From Acidilobaceae archaeon (GTDB taxonomy: Archaea > Thermoproteota > Thermoprotei_A > Sulfolobales > Acidilobaceae): DNA of 64,000 nucleotides. The stretch lies in assembly GCA_038897215.1 (NCBI GenBank), contig JAWAWX010000001.1:384001-448000 (forward strand), written 5' to 3'. How positions within the stretch are numbered: the first letter of the stretch is position 1; each line of letters opens with the position of its first letter. Made by a program: the position numbers and the translations under genes. Below are positions 1 through 8,506 of the stretch, in pieces. A model generated the notes under the pieces. It ran no database searches and had not been told where the DNA came from. It worked only from the letters and a program-made list of their open reading frames with translations.

Positions 1-1309
1 TGATAGCTCCAAACGCTGTAGTCAGAGACGCTATCGTGACAGCGAATATCAAGAGAGGAGCCGAGAGCGTGCCCATGAGTGCTATCGTCGTGAGTAGGAG
101 CGATGCAGCCACTATCTTGTCTATCCTGCCGGTATCCTCCTGGAGAACTCTAAGCCTCTCAGTCTTCATGCTAATAGTGCCGTAGACGTGAAGCTCCTCG
201 ACGTAGTCAGCCAGCCTCTCTCTTATCGCTTTATCCACTCTCACAGACTCCTCTGTATTAAGTTCCGCGCTCGTGTAGCCGACTGCTAGAGCGTACTCTC
301 CATCGAGAGAGATGAAGGAGAGCCTGAGCTCCTCCGGGATCCCCTGCGGGAACGGGACGAGCCTAGTCTCGACGAACTGCCTGCACGCACTGATAGCCGA
401 CGCTGGGCTCTCTCCTCCTCGGGCTCTATCGAAGGCCTCTCGTAGGCACGCATCGACTCTAGCGAGCTCCGAGCCCACGATCTCCGCCGCGATCCTCTCT
501 GGCTCCGCCACTAGCGCTTTGAACTCCTCGAAGCTCAGAGCTTCTCTGAAGCCAGTTGTCTCGTAGACGTAGCGGAGCACCTTATCGCGGTCTCTGTAGT
601 CGCTCAAGTCGAAGAACTCGGCTGCCTGAGCTAGACCGGGGTCTAGGCTTCGAGCCAGGTCTATGGCCGCTCTTCTAGCTGCCTCAGCTGGGGGGAGGGT
701 CTTCTCGTAGCTCGAGAACGCCGCGTAGAAGAAGTCTAGGAGGGGCTTGGCGTCCGGGGGGATGCTCTGGCTGAGCTGGCTGTACGCATAGGAGCCCGGC
801 TCCGGGTGGTCTTGCTGGAGCGCTGTGAGATAGTAGCCTAGGAATAGCTCGGCTAAGCCGAAGGTCTTGGCTAGACCCTCCTCTAGAGCGTCAGCGGCTG
901 AGCCCGCTAGGAGAGCCGACTCTACTAGAGCCCCGTAGCTGGAGAGAGCCGACTCCAGCCTCCTGGATAGTTGCTCGAGAGCTGACTCGACTACTCTCGA
1001 GTAGACTGTGTGGGGGCCTACAACTACTCCGCCGAACTCCCTCAACGCGTCTCTAAGAGCTTCCTCGACCAGCATGGAGGTGCGTGCATCAGCAGGCTTG
1101 AATACAACAAGTATGGTCTCTCTAGCTGAGACCAGTATCCCTGCTTCCGTTAGCTTGGATAAGCCAACGTAGCTCTCCAGGTCTCTCCTCAAGAATGCTG
1201 TCTCATCGTACTCAAGCCTCTCATCGAGAACCAGAGCTTGAGAAGCCATAATGACTACGATGATAAGCCACACCACTAGACTCGCTACAGCTACATGCCT
1301 GGCGTTCAC
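1..1309 (-). CDS. MMPL/RND family membrane transporter, 5' part (runs off the window start)
   Basis: Not in the ORF track; read by hand. GTG at 1309 with GGGTGA RBS. N-terminal TM helix (VAVASLVVWLIIVVIMAS), large extracytoplasmic loop, then ELHVYGT...EDTGRIDKIVAASLLLTTIALMGTLSAPLLIF, which is typical of MMPL. Confidence 0.75.
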   Translation of the reverse strand, partial: MNARHVAVASLVVWLIIVVIMASQALVLDERLEYDETAFLRRDLESYVGLSKLTEAGILVSARETILVVFKPADARTSMLVEEALRDALREFGGVVVGPHTVYSRVVESALEQLSRRLESALSSYGALVESALLAGSAADALEEGLAKTFGLAELFLGYYLTALQQDHPEPGSYAYSQLSQSIPPDAKPLLDFFYAAFSSYEKTLPPAEAARRAAIDLARSLDPGLAQAAEFFDLSDYRDRDKVLRYVYETTGFREALSFEEFKALVAEPERIAAEIVGSELARVDACLREAFDRARGGESPASAISACRQFVETRLVPFPQGIPEELRLSFISLDGEYALAVGYTSAELNTEESVRVDKAIRERLADYVEELHVYGTISMKTERLRVLQEDTGRIDKIVAASLLLTTIALMGTLSAPLLIFAVTIASLTTAFGAI

Positions 1310-1375
1310 TCAAGTCACCCTACTGAACCCACAATGCAAAGCTACACATTGACTTTCCTTACTTTTAACTCTTAC

Positions 1376-1425
1376 TTAACATTTTAGAGTCTACGTATCT
1401 TTACTACAGTTTTCTAATATGTTAA
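1376..1425. promoter_or_regulatory. Imperfect inverted repeat in the AT-rich region upstream of the MMPL gene (possible operator)
   Basis: TTAACATTTTAGA (1376-1388) and TCTAATATGTTAA (1413-1425): 12/13 complementary, 24-nt spacer. Confidence 0.4.
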
Positions 1426-1563
1426 ACGATGGTGCACTATGCTGACAATTACTCACATCACCATAGAACGGTTAAGTCTCCGAGCCTGATGCCGTACGAT
1501 GCCATGAAATCAAGCGAGAAAGCTGAAGTAGAGCTGAGCCGTTTCTCGGAAACCCTGTCTGTA

Positions 1564-2220
1564 TCACGCCACAGGCTTGACCTGCCGTAGCCCACTCCTG
1601 CAGAAGACTATTGCTCGCGAGGCGGCTACCAGAGTCTTGAACGAGCCTCTGGGAAGTACTCCCTTCTCGACTAGAGCCGATATGAGCTCCGCTAACTCCC
1701 TCTCCGTGACGCTCAGCTTCTCAGCTGCTTCTGAGATCGTAGTCGATGATGCTAGGGCTCTGAGTACTCTCTCGTCCTCGCCTCCGACCTCCATGCAGGA
1801 GGCTAGGAATCCGAGAGCCTCCGATAGAGCGCTGTAGACGGCCTCGTACACTATGTCTCTCAGCTCGTTAGCGCTGGCTACCAGGAGGTCTGATAGTAGG
1901 TAGAGCTCTACCCCCAGCTCTCTGGCTAGAGCTAGTGCTCTCTCGTCGGCCAAGCCCCGCCCGACGACAGCCGGCTTCATCCCGAGGACCTTAGCGTTGA
2001 CGTACGCCTGCCTTACTGCATCCACGTCGACAGCCCCACTCTTGACCTCTACAGCGTAGCTCTCTCCTCCTTTCTCCGCTACTAGGTCCACGTCGCTGAC
2101 CTCTACTCCCCCCACGACCACCTTCCTGCGGAAGTCTACCACTCTGAAGCCTAGACTCTCCAGGTACGAGGCCGCTATAGCCTCGGACGCTCTCAGAGCC
2201 CCCCTGCCGCTCTGAGGCAT
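1564..2220 (-). CDS. PD-(D/E)XK nuclease (YraN/RecB-like) with C-terminal HTH
   Basis: SE.IAASYLESLGFRV, DVDLVAEK...YAVEVK, QAYVNA motifs. Start moved to ATG 2220, downstream of a TTTAAA box at about 2254-2259. Confidence 0.75.
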   Translation of the reverse strand: MPQSGRGALRASEAIAASYLESLGFRVVDFRRKVVVGGVEVSDVDLVAEKGGESYAVEVKSGAVDVDAVRQAYVNAKVLGMKPAVVGRGLADERALALARELGVELYLLSDLLVASANELRDIVYEAVYSALSEALGFLASCMEVGGEDERVLRALASSTTISEAAEKLSVTERELAELISALVEKGVLPRGSFKTLVAASRAIVFCRSGLRQVKPVA

Positions 2221-2368
2221 GGACTGCGCCCCGGTACGCGGGGAGCGAGCTTCTTTAAAGCTTAGACTCGAGATGCTAGAGTAGAGCAATTCTATGTGAC
2301 TCGATGATGCTCGCATAACGCTTATAGGCGTCAGGCTCCCCGGGAGCCGTAGGCGGGGGTATCACCTA

Positions 2369-3418
2369 GTGCCCAGGCTCAGGAGGAGCACTGGTAGCGG
2401 CTTGTTCGAGGTCGGGTTCAGCGCTATAGCCGACTTCTTCTACAGGCTAGTCGAGGTAGCCGACGTCCTGAAAAGCGAGGGGCTCTACTTCAGCTACGGG
2501 CCCGAGAGGCTACCCGATACTATAACGGTCCCAGAGAGGGGGACTCTTAGAGTCAAGTACGGGCTCCCCGTGACTCAGAAAGGCGGAGTCGTAATGGACG
2601 TGACGAGCGTCCAGCAAGCAGAGATTGCTGAGGATGCTGGAGCAGTCGGGGTCATGGTCTTGGATAAGCTACCATACGACCTCAGGAAGAGCGGGGGTGT
2701 AGCTAGGATGGCTGACGTTAAGGCTATAAGGGAGGTCATGGAGTCTATAAGCATAGCAGTAACAGCCAAGGCTAGAATAGGGCACTACTACGAGGCTCTA
2801 GTTCTCGAAGAGCTGGGAATAGACGCGATAGACGAGAGCGAGGTCTTGACGCCCGCTGACGAGCAGAGGCATATAAACAAGTGGCTATTCAGAGTACCCT
2901 TCATAAACGGAGCCAGAGACCTAGGGGAGGCTCTGAGGAGGATATACGAGGGCTCCTCCTGGATCAGAACGAAGGGCGAAGCCGGGACCGGAAACGTGTC
3001 GGAGGCCGTCAAGCACATGAGAGCGATCAACGCTGAGATAGCCAGGATCAGAGTCCTGGCTCCCGAGGATAGGGTTAGAGCTGCTAGAGAGTACGGCGTG
3101 CCCCCCGAGCTGGTAGACCTGACTGCTCGCCTCGGGAGGCTGCCCGTGGTGAACTTCGCCGCCGGGGGTATAGCCACACCAGCTGACGCTGCTCTGATGA
3201 TGTGGCTGGGAGCAGACGGGGTCTTCGTGGGCTCAGGTATATTCAAGAGCGGCGACCCGCAGGCTAGAGCTGAAGCTATAGTCTTGGCTACCGCCTTCTG
3301 GGACGACCCGGAGAAGGTTCTAGAAGCTCAGTCGATGGTCAGCGAGACTAAGTCGATGGTGGGCATAGACATAAGGACGCTGAAGCCCGAGGAGCTACTG
3401 CAGACTCGCGGAGTCTAG
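2369..3418 (+). CDS. pdxS: Pyridoxal 5'-phosphate synthase lyase subunit PdxS (with N-terminal extension)
   Basis: [50 protein letters not shown]. Confidence 0.97.
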   Translation: MPRLRRSTGSGLFEVGFSAIADFFYRLVEVADVLKSEGLYFSYGPERLPDTITVPERGTLRVKYGLPVTQKGGVVMDVTSVQQAEIAEDAGAVGVMVLDKLPYDLRKSGGVARMADVKAIREVMESISIAVTAKARIGHYYEALVLEELGIDAIDESEVLTPADEQRHINKWLFRVPFINGARDLGEALRRIYEGSSWIRTKGEAGTGNVSEAVKHMRAINAEIARIRVLAPEDRVRAAREYGVPPELVDLTARLGRLPVVNFAAGGIATPADAALMMWLGADGVFVGSGIFKSGDPQARAEAIVLATAFWDDPEKVLEAQSMVSETKSMVGIDIRTLKPEELLQTRGV

Positions 3419-4026
3419 CGCGCTCTCGCTAGGAGGAGCTTGTGGAGCCTCGTGTCGCTCGTCAGCTCTGGGTGGAAGGAGAGAGCTATCAGCGAGCCCT
3501 GGTCTAGAGCCACTGGGTTCTCGCCGAGCCTCCCCAGCACCTTCACGTCTTCGTCCACGTTGGCGAAGACGGGGGCTCTTATGAATACCGCTCTGTAGGG
3601 CTTCTCGGGCTCGAACGGTATGTCTAGCTTGAGGTCTGCCTCGAATGACTCTCTCTGTCTGCCGAAGTAGTTCCTGATAGCGTCTGCTCTCAGGAGCCCC
3701 AAGCCGCTCCCGTAGCTCCTCCCTGTAGCCTTATCGTAGACGCTCCTAGCTAGCAGAGCAGCGCCAGAGGATACAGCCATAGCGGGAGCCCCCCCGGCTA
3801 CAAGCTCCTGGAGCTTCTCAGCTAGCCCCGATCTCTCCAGGAGCCTCCTCATAGCCGTGAACTCCCCGCCGGGCAGTATGAGAGCCGAGGCCCTCTCCAG
3901 ATCCTCTGGCTTCTTGGCGAGCACTGTCTCGCAGCTAAGCTCGAGCTCTCTACACGCTCTAGAGACCATGTAGACGTGCTCCTCGAAGCCCCCCTGAACT
4001 GCTATGATACCTACTCTGACAGCCAT
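3415..4026 (-). CDS. pdxT: PLP synthase glutaminase subunit PdxT (catalytic Cys replaced by Ser)
   Basis: [43 protein letters not shown]. Convergent with pdxS and shares the CTAG stop. Start set at ATG 4026. Confidence 0.92.
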   Translation of the reverse strand: MAVRVGIIAVQGGFEEHVYMVSRACRELELSCETVLAKKPEDLERASALILPGGEFTAMRRLLERSGLAEKLQELVAGGAPAMAVSSGAALLARSVYDKATGRSYGSGLGLLRADAIRNYFGRQRESFEADLKLDIPFEPEKPYRAVFIRAPVFANVDEDVKVLGRLGENPVALDQGSLIALSFHPELTSDTRLHKLLLARAR

Positions 4027-4144
4027 AGCGAGCCACACACCTGAGGCTCTCGCGGGGCTCGGCTCTTATGTGTATTCATGGAGGCTCTGCTTGTAGCGAT
4101 GACCAGCTAGCTCCCCTAGCTGGCGCTCGCGGAGAGAGCGGAGG

Positions 4145-4618
4145 TCAGACGTGGAGAGGCTCTCTCCTCTCCTCCACTTCATCGCAACTCAAAGCTATGA
4201 CTGAGACCGTTGAGCCCTCTCCTCTGAGCACTAACAGCGCTCCAGGGCTACCGTCTAGCGTGATAGAGTAGACTCTCATCGAGTAGCCGGGGAATCCGCT
4301 GACTACCTCGAGAACGTCTCTGTTCACCAGCCTAGCTGAGCCCACCTCGATCACGTCGGCTGCTCTAACGACTAGGCTGGTCTCTCCCCCAGACTCTTCT
4401 ACGAGAGCTTCAGCGTTATCCTCTCCTACAGTCACGTAGGTGCACTTGCTGACCTGGATCAAAGGGACCAGTCTCGAGCTCGCCTCAGCCACGACTACTC
4501 TTAGCGGTGAGGAGTGGCACACGAAGTGCCCTGTCTCAGCGTCTAGAGCTGAGTGGAGCCCGAGGATCTCCTCGAGGAGACCGGGCGGAGCCTCGAGCCT
4601 CCCAGCCAGGAGCCTCAC
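4145..4618 (-). CDS. Hypothetical protein
   Basis: 157-aa ORF with host-like codon usage and an upstream TTATA box. No motif recognised. Confidence 0.6.
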   Translation of the reverse strand: MRLLAGRLEAPPGLLEEILGLHSALDAETGHFVCHSSPLRVVVAEASSRLVPLIQVSKCTYVTVGEDNAEALVEESGGETSLVVRAADVIEVGSARLVNRDVLEVVSGFPGYSMRVYSITLDGSPGALLVLRGEGSTVSVIALSCDEVEERREPLHV

Positions 4619-4747
4619 AGGCAGACCTGAGCACCCCCAGAGCCGGGCTTAGAGCACCAGCCTCTATAAGTAACTAGCAGGCGAGTCGAGGCAACGCGGG
4701 ACAGAGGAGAGAGTATAAAGGCTGAGGAGCACAAACCCTCGAGAGGA

Positions 4748-4825
4748 GCCGCGGTAGTATAGCCTGGACCAGTATGCGGGCCTGTCAAGCCCGTGACCCG
4801 GGTTCAAATCCCGGCCGCGGCGCCA
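4748..4825 (+). tRNA. tRNA-Asp(GTC), encoded CCA, no intron
   Basis: GCCGCGG acceptor stem, anticodon arm CGGGC-CTGTCAA-GCCCG, GGTTCAAATCC T-arm. TATA box GTATAAAG at 4713-4720. Confidence 0.98.
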
Positions 4826-4836
4826 CGCTCCAGCTT

Positions 4837-4895
4837 GGGGATGATGTGTAAGAGGGTCTCCTGAAGCGGTGAGGAGAGCCGGAACAGCGGACCCC
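4837..4895 (+). ncRNA. Box C/D guide sRNA immediately downstream of tRNA-Asp
   Basis: C ATGATGT 4841, D' CTGA 4861, C' GTGAGGA 4869, D CGGA 4888, terminal GGGG/CCCC stem. Guides are antisense to conserved 23S H69/H71 sequence. Confidence 0.85.
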
Positions 4896-4963
4896 CTCGA
4901 CTATAAAGCTTTTAAAGGAGGAAAAGCGATCTAGGTGCTCGAGGCTTCGGAGAGGGGCAGGCT

Positions 4964-5596
4964 ATGGATAGAAGAGTCTTGCTCGCTGGAGTCGCGGCCC
5001 TGCTGGCCGTGCTGGTGATAGCCAACGCTGCAGCCTTCGCCTACAGGTGGCTAGCTGGAACCATCCAGATAGCTCCGGCAACACAGGCTACGGGAGCAGC
5101 GTGCACAGGCTTCTACAGCTCCGCCGCTCAGCCGGGCATACCACTGCCTCCGGCGGGCACTAACTATGACGCTACAACCTACGGGGATAACAAGATAACA
5201 GTGACGCCGGGCTTCCCGGTCTGCGAGTTCACATACGGGGGCACGACCTACAAGCTCTACGAGTCGATAACTGTCACCATACCGGTCACTGTGGGGAGCT
5301 GGTACATTAGAGACCTCTACGGCTTCGGCTACGCTCAGGGAACAGGCACTGTCTACGTGTTCCTAAAGGTGGAGGACACTGCCGAGCACCCCGTGACCAT
5401 GGCTCGGCTGATAGTGTACAAGGGCACTGATAAGATCGGAGAGCTAGACCTCACCCAGCTCGGCGCTGTGCTGAGCTTCGAGCTGAGGCCCGGAGAGGGA
5501 GTGCAGCTAGACCTATACTTCAAGGCTGAAGCGCAGGGCACTGTCAGCTTCAAGGTAGGATTCTACGTGAGCCACGAGAACGAGCCGCCGAGGTAG
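4964..5596 (+). CDS. Secreted beta-rich protein, possible TasA/bundling-pilin-like fibre subunit
   Basis: Signal peptide MDRR + hydrophobic stretch ending ANAAAFAY, then an extended strand (WLAGTIQI). T/G/Y-rich beta content, two Cys, terminal strand VSFKVGFYV. Confidence 0.6.
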   Translation: MDRRVLLAGVAALLAVLVIANAAAFAYRWLAGTIQIAPATQATGAACTGFYSSAAQPGIPLPPAGTNYDATTYGDNKITVTPGFPVCEFTYGGTTYKLYESITVTIPVTVGSWYIRDLYGFGYAQGTGTVYVFLKVEDTAEHPVTMARLIVYKGTDKIGELDLTQLGAVLSFELRPGEGVQLDLYFKAEAQGTVSFKVGFYVSHENEPPR

Positions 5597-5629
5597 CCTG
5601 CTTGTAGCCGCGCCAGAGGGCCGCCTCTC

Positions 5630-6679
5630 TTGCCCTCCTCTTTTTTCTCCTCTCTTCTAGCCTCTAGGCGTCTCGCTCTCCTAGCTCTAGCCGTGGGGCT
5701 ACTGTGCTTGCTTCTTCTCTACGGTAAGCTCGTCTGGCTCCCTCTAGCTCTAGTCGGCCCCTCGGGCTCCAGCCCCCCGTTTCTCGGCGCCGCCTCCTAC
5801 CTGCCTCTGCGCGGAGACAGGGTTCTCTACTGCTGGGACCCTCTCAGGACAGCCTGCGCTCTGAGAGAGGCTGGAGCGGGGGGCTTCGGGAGCCCCGCCT
5901 ACTACCTCGTTCTCGAGCTGAGCACCCCGGTCTGGGCTCTCGTCGGCCTCGTAGCAGTCCTCTCTCTAGCATTCTCGGCCTACGTCCTGGCCGGAGGCTC
6001 TCTGAGAGTCCTTGCTGCCGCTGGTCTCGCTCTCATTGCTCTCAACTCTATGGCGGTAGGCTCGCTCTACGTTGACCAGGGCTTGATAGAGTACGCTCGC
6101 CCTCGCGTCGAGGTCACCAGAGTCTACCTAGACCCCGTGCCCGGCGTCTTCAGAGTAGAGCTGTCGCTAGAGGGCTTCACTATGGAGTCAGCATCGTGTA
6201 GAATCGAGGAGCTAGGCTCTCTCGAGACGAGGGTCTCGGGGAGCGCCGTAGAGGCCCTAGTCCCCAGAGACTACTTCACCTGGCTCTACAGCGTGAGGTC
6301 TGCTCAGAGACCCTTCCTGCCGTCCCCCCCGGCGGCTGTCTACGAGGCTTTCAGAGTCTCTTGCTCCATAGAGTTAGACAAGGGGAGGATCGAGGGGGCG
6401 TACGTGGCCTCATTCGCCTGGAGAGAGCCGGAGATCAGCGCCTCCGGGTCTGTTGTAGCGATAGGGAACGGTAACCCCGTAGCCTTAGAGGTCTCTGTGT
6501 TCGTCGTAGACAAGGCGAGGCTAACCACTGCCTGGAGGGGCTCCAAGACTCTGGAGCCTGGAGAAGTCTGGACCCTAGACTTGTCCACGCTCGTCAGCCG
6601 GGGGGTCTACGATGTTAGAGTACAGTACACCTTCCTGGGGTCTGAGAGAGTGAGGGGTGTAGAGGTTAGTGTCGGCTAG
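5630..6679 (+). CDS. Membrane protein with degenerate signal peptidase I (S26/SipW)-like N-terminus and C-terminal beta domains
   Basis: TM helix, then PLALVGPSGSSPP (compare VvSGSMeP) and GDRVLY (compare GDIIVY), further TM helices and an Ig-like C-terminus. Confidence 0.5.
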   Translation: MPSSFFSSLLASRRLALLALAVGLLCLLLLYGKLVWLPLALVGPSGSSPPFLGAASYLPLRGDRVLYCWDPLRTACALREAGAGGFGSPAYYLVLELSTPVWALVGLVAVLSLAFSAYVLAGGSLRVLAAAGLALIALNSMAVGSLYVDQGLIEYARPRVEVTRVYLDPVPGVFRVELSLEGFTMESASCRIEELGSLETRVSGSAVEALVPRDYFTWLYSVRSAQRPFLPSPPAAVYEAFRVSCSIELDKGRIEGAYVASFAWREPEISASGSVVAIGNGNPVALEVSVFVVDKARLTTAWRGSKTLEPGEVWTLDLSTLVSRGVYDVRVQYTFLGSERVRGVEVSVG

Positions 6680-7289
6680 CGAGCCTAGGAGAAGAGAGAG
6701 GATCCTAGTCACCGCTGCCATAGCGTCCTCTCTCCTAGCCTCGGCTCTCGTCCTCTACGCTGTAGCCGGGAGGCTGGCTAGCTTCGAGGGCTACGCTGTC
6801 TCGGGCTACGTGGGGCTACTAGGCTACCAGCTAGAGGTCCTGGGGTCTAGTGTCCGGGCTCCTCCGCTAGAGAGCGTTAAGGCGATATCCGTGGTCGACG
6901 CTCTAATCGCTCTAGCCGGGCTAGCGCTAGCGCTAGCCGGGGCTCTGGCGCTGGCCCGCGGGAGGCTCTCTCTAGCGGGAGAGCTCTCCTCCGCAGCCTG
7001 CATAGCCTCCGCTCTATCGCTGGCACTCACTCAGTCGCTCGTCAGAGTTGTCGCCGAGGACGTGATCCCAGCTCTTCCAGTGAGAGGAGTATTCGCGACA
7101 CCAGCTGGGAGGCTTGCTCTAGAGGCTCCCGTAGTCAATGAGAGCCTGGCTCTCACAGTCTTCCACGATGCGAGAGCCCTAGTCCTCCTCTGGGCTACCC
7201 TAGGCCTGGCGCTGGCAGTTGCCTCCGCGTACGTGGCGTGGAGGAGGCTGGAGAGGGAGAGAGCTCTCCCCGCGGCCGGCTCCCCGTAG
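6669..7289 (+). CDS. Hypothetical multi-pass membrane protein
   Basis: About four hydrophobic segments. Overlaps the upstream gene by 11 nt (operon). Confidence 0.65.
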   Translation: MSASEPRRRERILVTAAIASSLLASALVLYAVAGRLASFEGYAVSGYVGLLGYQLEVLGSSVRAPPLESVKAISVVDALIALAGLALALAGALALARGRLSLAGELSSAACIASALSLALTQSLVRVVAEDVIPALPVRGVFATPAGRLALEAPVVNESLALTVFHDARALVLLWATLGLALAVASAYVAWRRLERERALPAAGSP

Positions 7290-7362
7290 AGTAGCGTCCC
7301 CAGATATATACACTCCTAGCGGGCTAGCGTTGTTGAGCGAGAGCTGCTCCCTGGTGGGGGGC

Positions 7363-7797
7363 TTGGAGAGAAGGCATAGAAAGAGGTACGGTAAAGTCGA
7401 GGACTACCTGAGGTGTATTCTCGAGATCTCTCGAGCGAAGGGCTACGCTAGAGTCAAGGATATAGCGGCAGCTCTGGGGGTCAAGCCCCCCACGGTAGTG
7501 CAGGCTCTTAGGAAGCTCAGCGAGCAGGGGCTAGTCAACTACGAGAAGTACGGGGGAGTGACTCTAACGAGCGCTGGCAGAGCGTTCGCTGAAGCCACCT
7601 CGGCTAAGCACGAGATAGTGAAGAGGTTCCTAGAACTGCTAGACCTGCCCGGCGAGGTGCTGGAGAGAGATGCCCACGAGCTAGAGCACGCTCTAGACCC
7701 TCTGACTCTCGCTAGGCTAAAGAAGCTGACAGAGCTCCTGAAGGAGACCGAAGAGGGCAGAGAGGTCCTAGCTAGGCTCAGGCAGGAGCCCTTCTAG
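7363..7797 (+). CDS. DtxR/MntR family metal-dependent transcriptional regulator
   Basis: EDYLRCI, ARVKDIAAALGVKPPTV, KHEIVKRFL, DAHELEH. Start moved to TTG 7363 after a GGTGGGGG RBS. Confidence 0.92.
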   Translation: MERRHRKRYGKVEDYLRCILEISRAKGYARVKDIAAALGVKPPTVVQALRKLSEQGLVNYEKYGGVTLTSAGRAFAEATSAKHEIVKRFLELLDLPGEVLERDAHELEHALDPLTLARLKKLTELLKETEEGREVLARLRQEPF

Positions 7798-7819
7798 CTA
7801 GCGTTCTGCGAGCTCGAGC

Positions 7820-8428
7820 CTAACCCTCCTCCACTGCTCTCATTATCTTAACCTGTAGTCTCGTAGCGTGAGACGAGATGATAGACTCTATGCTGTAGTC
7901 TATGTGGGTCCCCGTGGTCGGAGAGTAGGCTACAGCTCCTCCAGTTATGCTAGCCGGCTTGTCTGATAGCCTTAAGAGCTCCCCATACCTAGAGGCTATC
8001 TCTCTAGCTAATTGCATATCTTTAGCTGAGACTCTCACAATCAACCCCCCTAGTCTATCAGCCTCGACTGATAGCTTCTCGAAGACTCTCTCCATGAATT
8101 CCCGATACCACTCGCTCTCTCGCTCTAAGTCTATGCGCTCCATGACTTCATCCATGACTCTCTTCATGAAGGATCTCCTCAAATCAGCTATCCTATTCTT
8201 GACCTCCATATCGAGCTGTCCTCTTAGAGCGCTAACCTGCTCTACCACCACTCTATACTCTTCTTGTAGTCTTCTCTCAGCCTCGCTGAGAGCTTTGACG
8301 TAGGCGTCGTCTAGAAGTCTGAGAGCTGCTTCACGCGAATCCGCTAAAGTCTTCCTAGCCTCTCTCAGCCCGTACGAGCCAGCTCTCCTCCCGAGGACTC
8401 TCGGGTCCTTGACTATTATCTCCGACAT
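7820..8428 (-). CDS. A/V-type ATP synthase subunit E-like protein
   Basis: Coiled-coil N-terminus, then IVRVSAKD, ITGGAVAYSPTTGTHIDYSIES (subunit E C-domain pattern). Divergent from a subunit I gene. Confidence 0.7.
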   Translation of the reverse strand: MSEIIVKDPRVLGRRAGSYGLREARKTLADSREAALRLLDDAYVKALSEAERRLQEEYRVVVEQVSALRGQLDMEVKNRIADLRRSFMKRVMDEVMERIDLERESEWYREFMERVFEKLSVEADRLGGLIVRVSAKDMQLAREIASRYGELLRLSDKPASITGGAVAYSPTTGTHIDYSIESIISSHATRLQVKIMRAVEEG

Positions 8429-8506
8429 TCTTACTCCTTGAATTAAAAGTTCTCTAAAACTTATAACTTCACATTCTAACCGATAAAAGTATGGGAGACT
8501 CTACTC

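Noticed and set aside
1485-1540. Possible C/D sRNA (TGATGC...ATGA...CTGA)
   Set aside because: The C and C' boxes are poor, there is no terminal stem, and no recognisable guide.
2268-2330. GTGA...GATGATG words between divergent genes
   Set aside because: No convincing D box or guide. Better explained as a divergent promoter region.
4826-7300. Integrated element at tRNA-Asp
   Set aside because: No integrase and no repeated tRNA 3' end (att site) were seen, and the composition is host-like.
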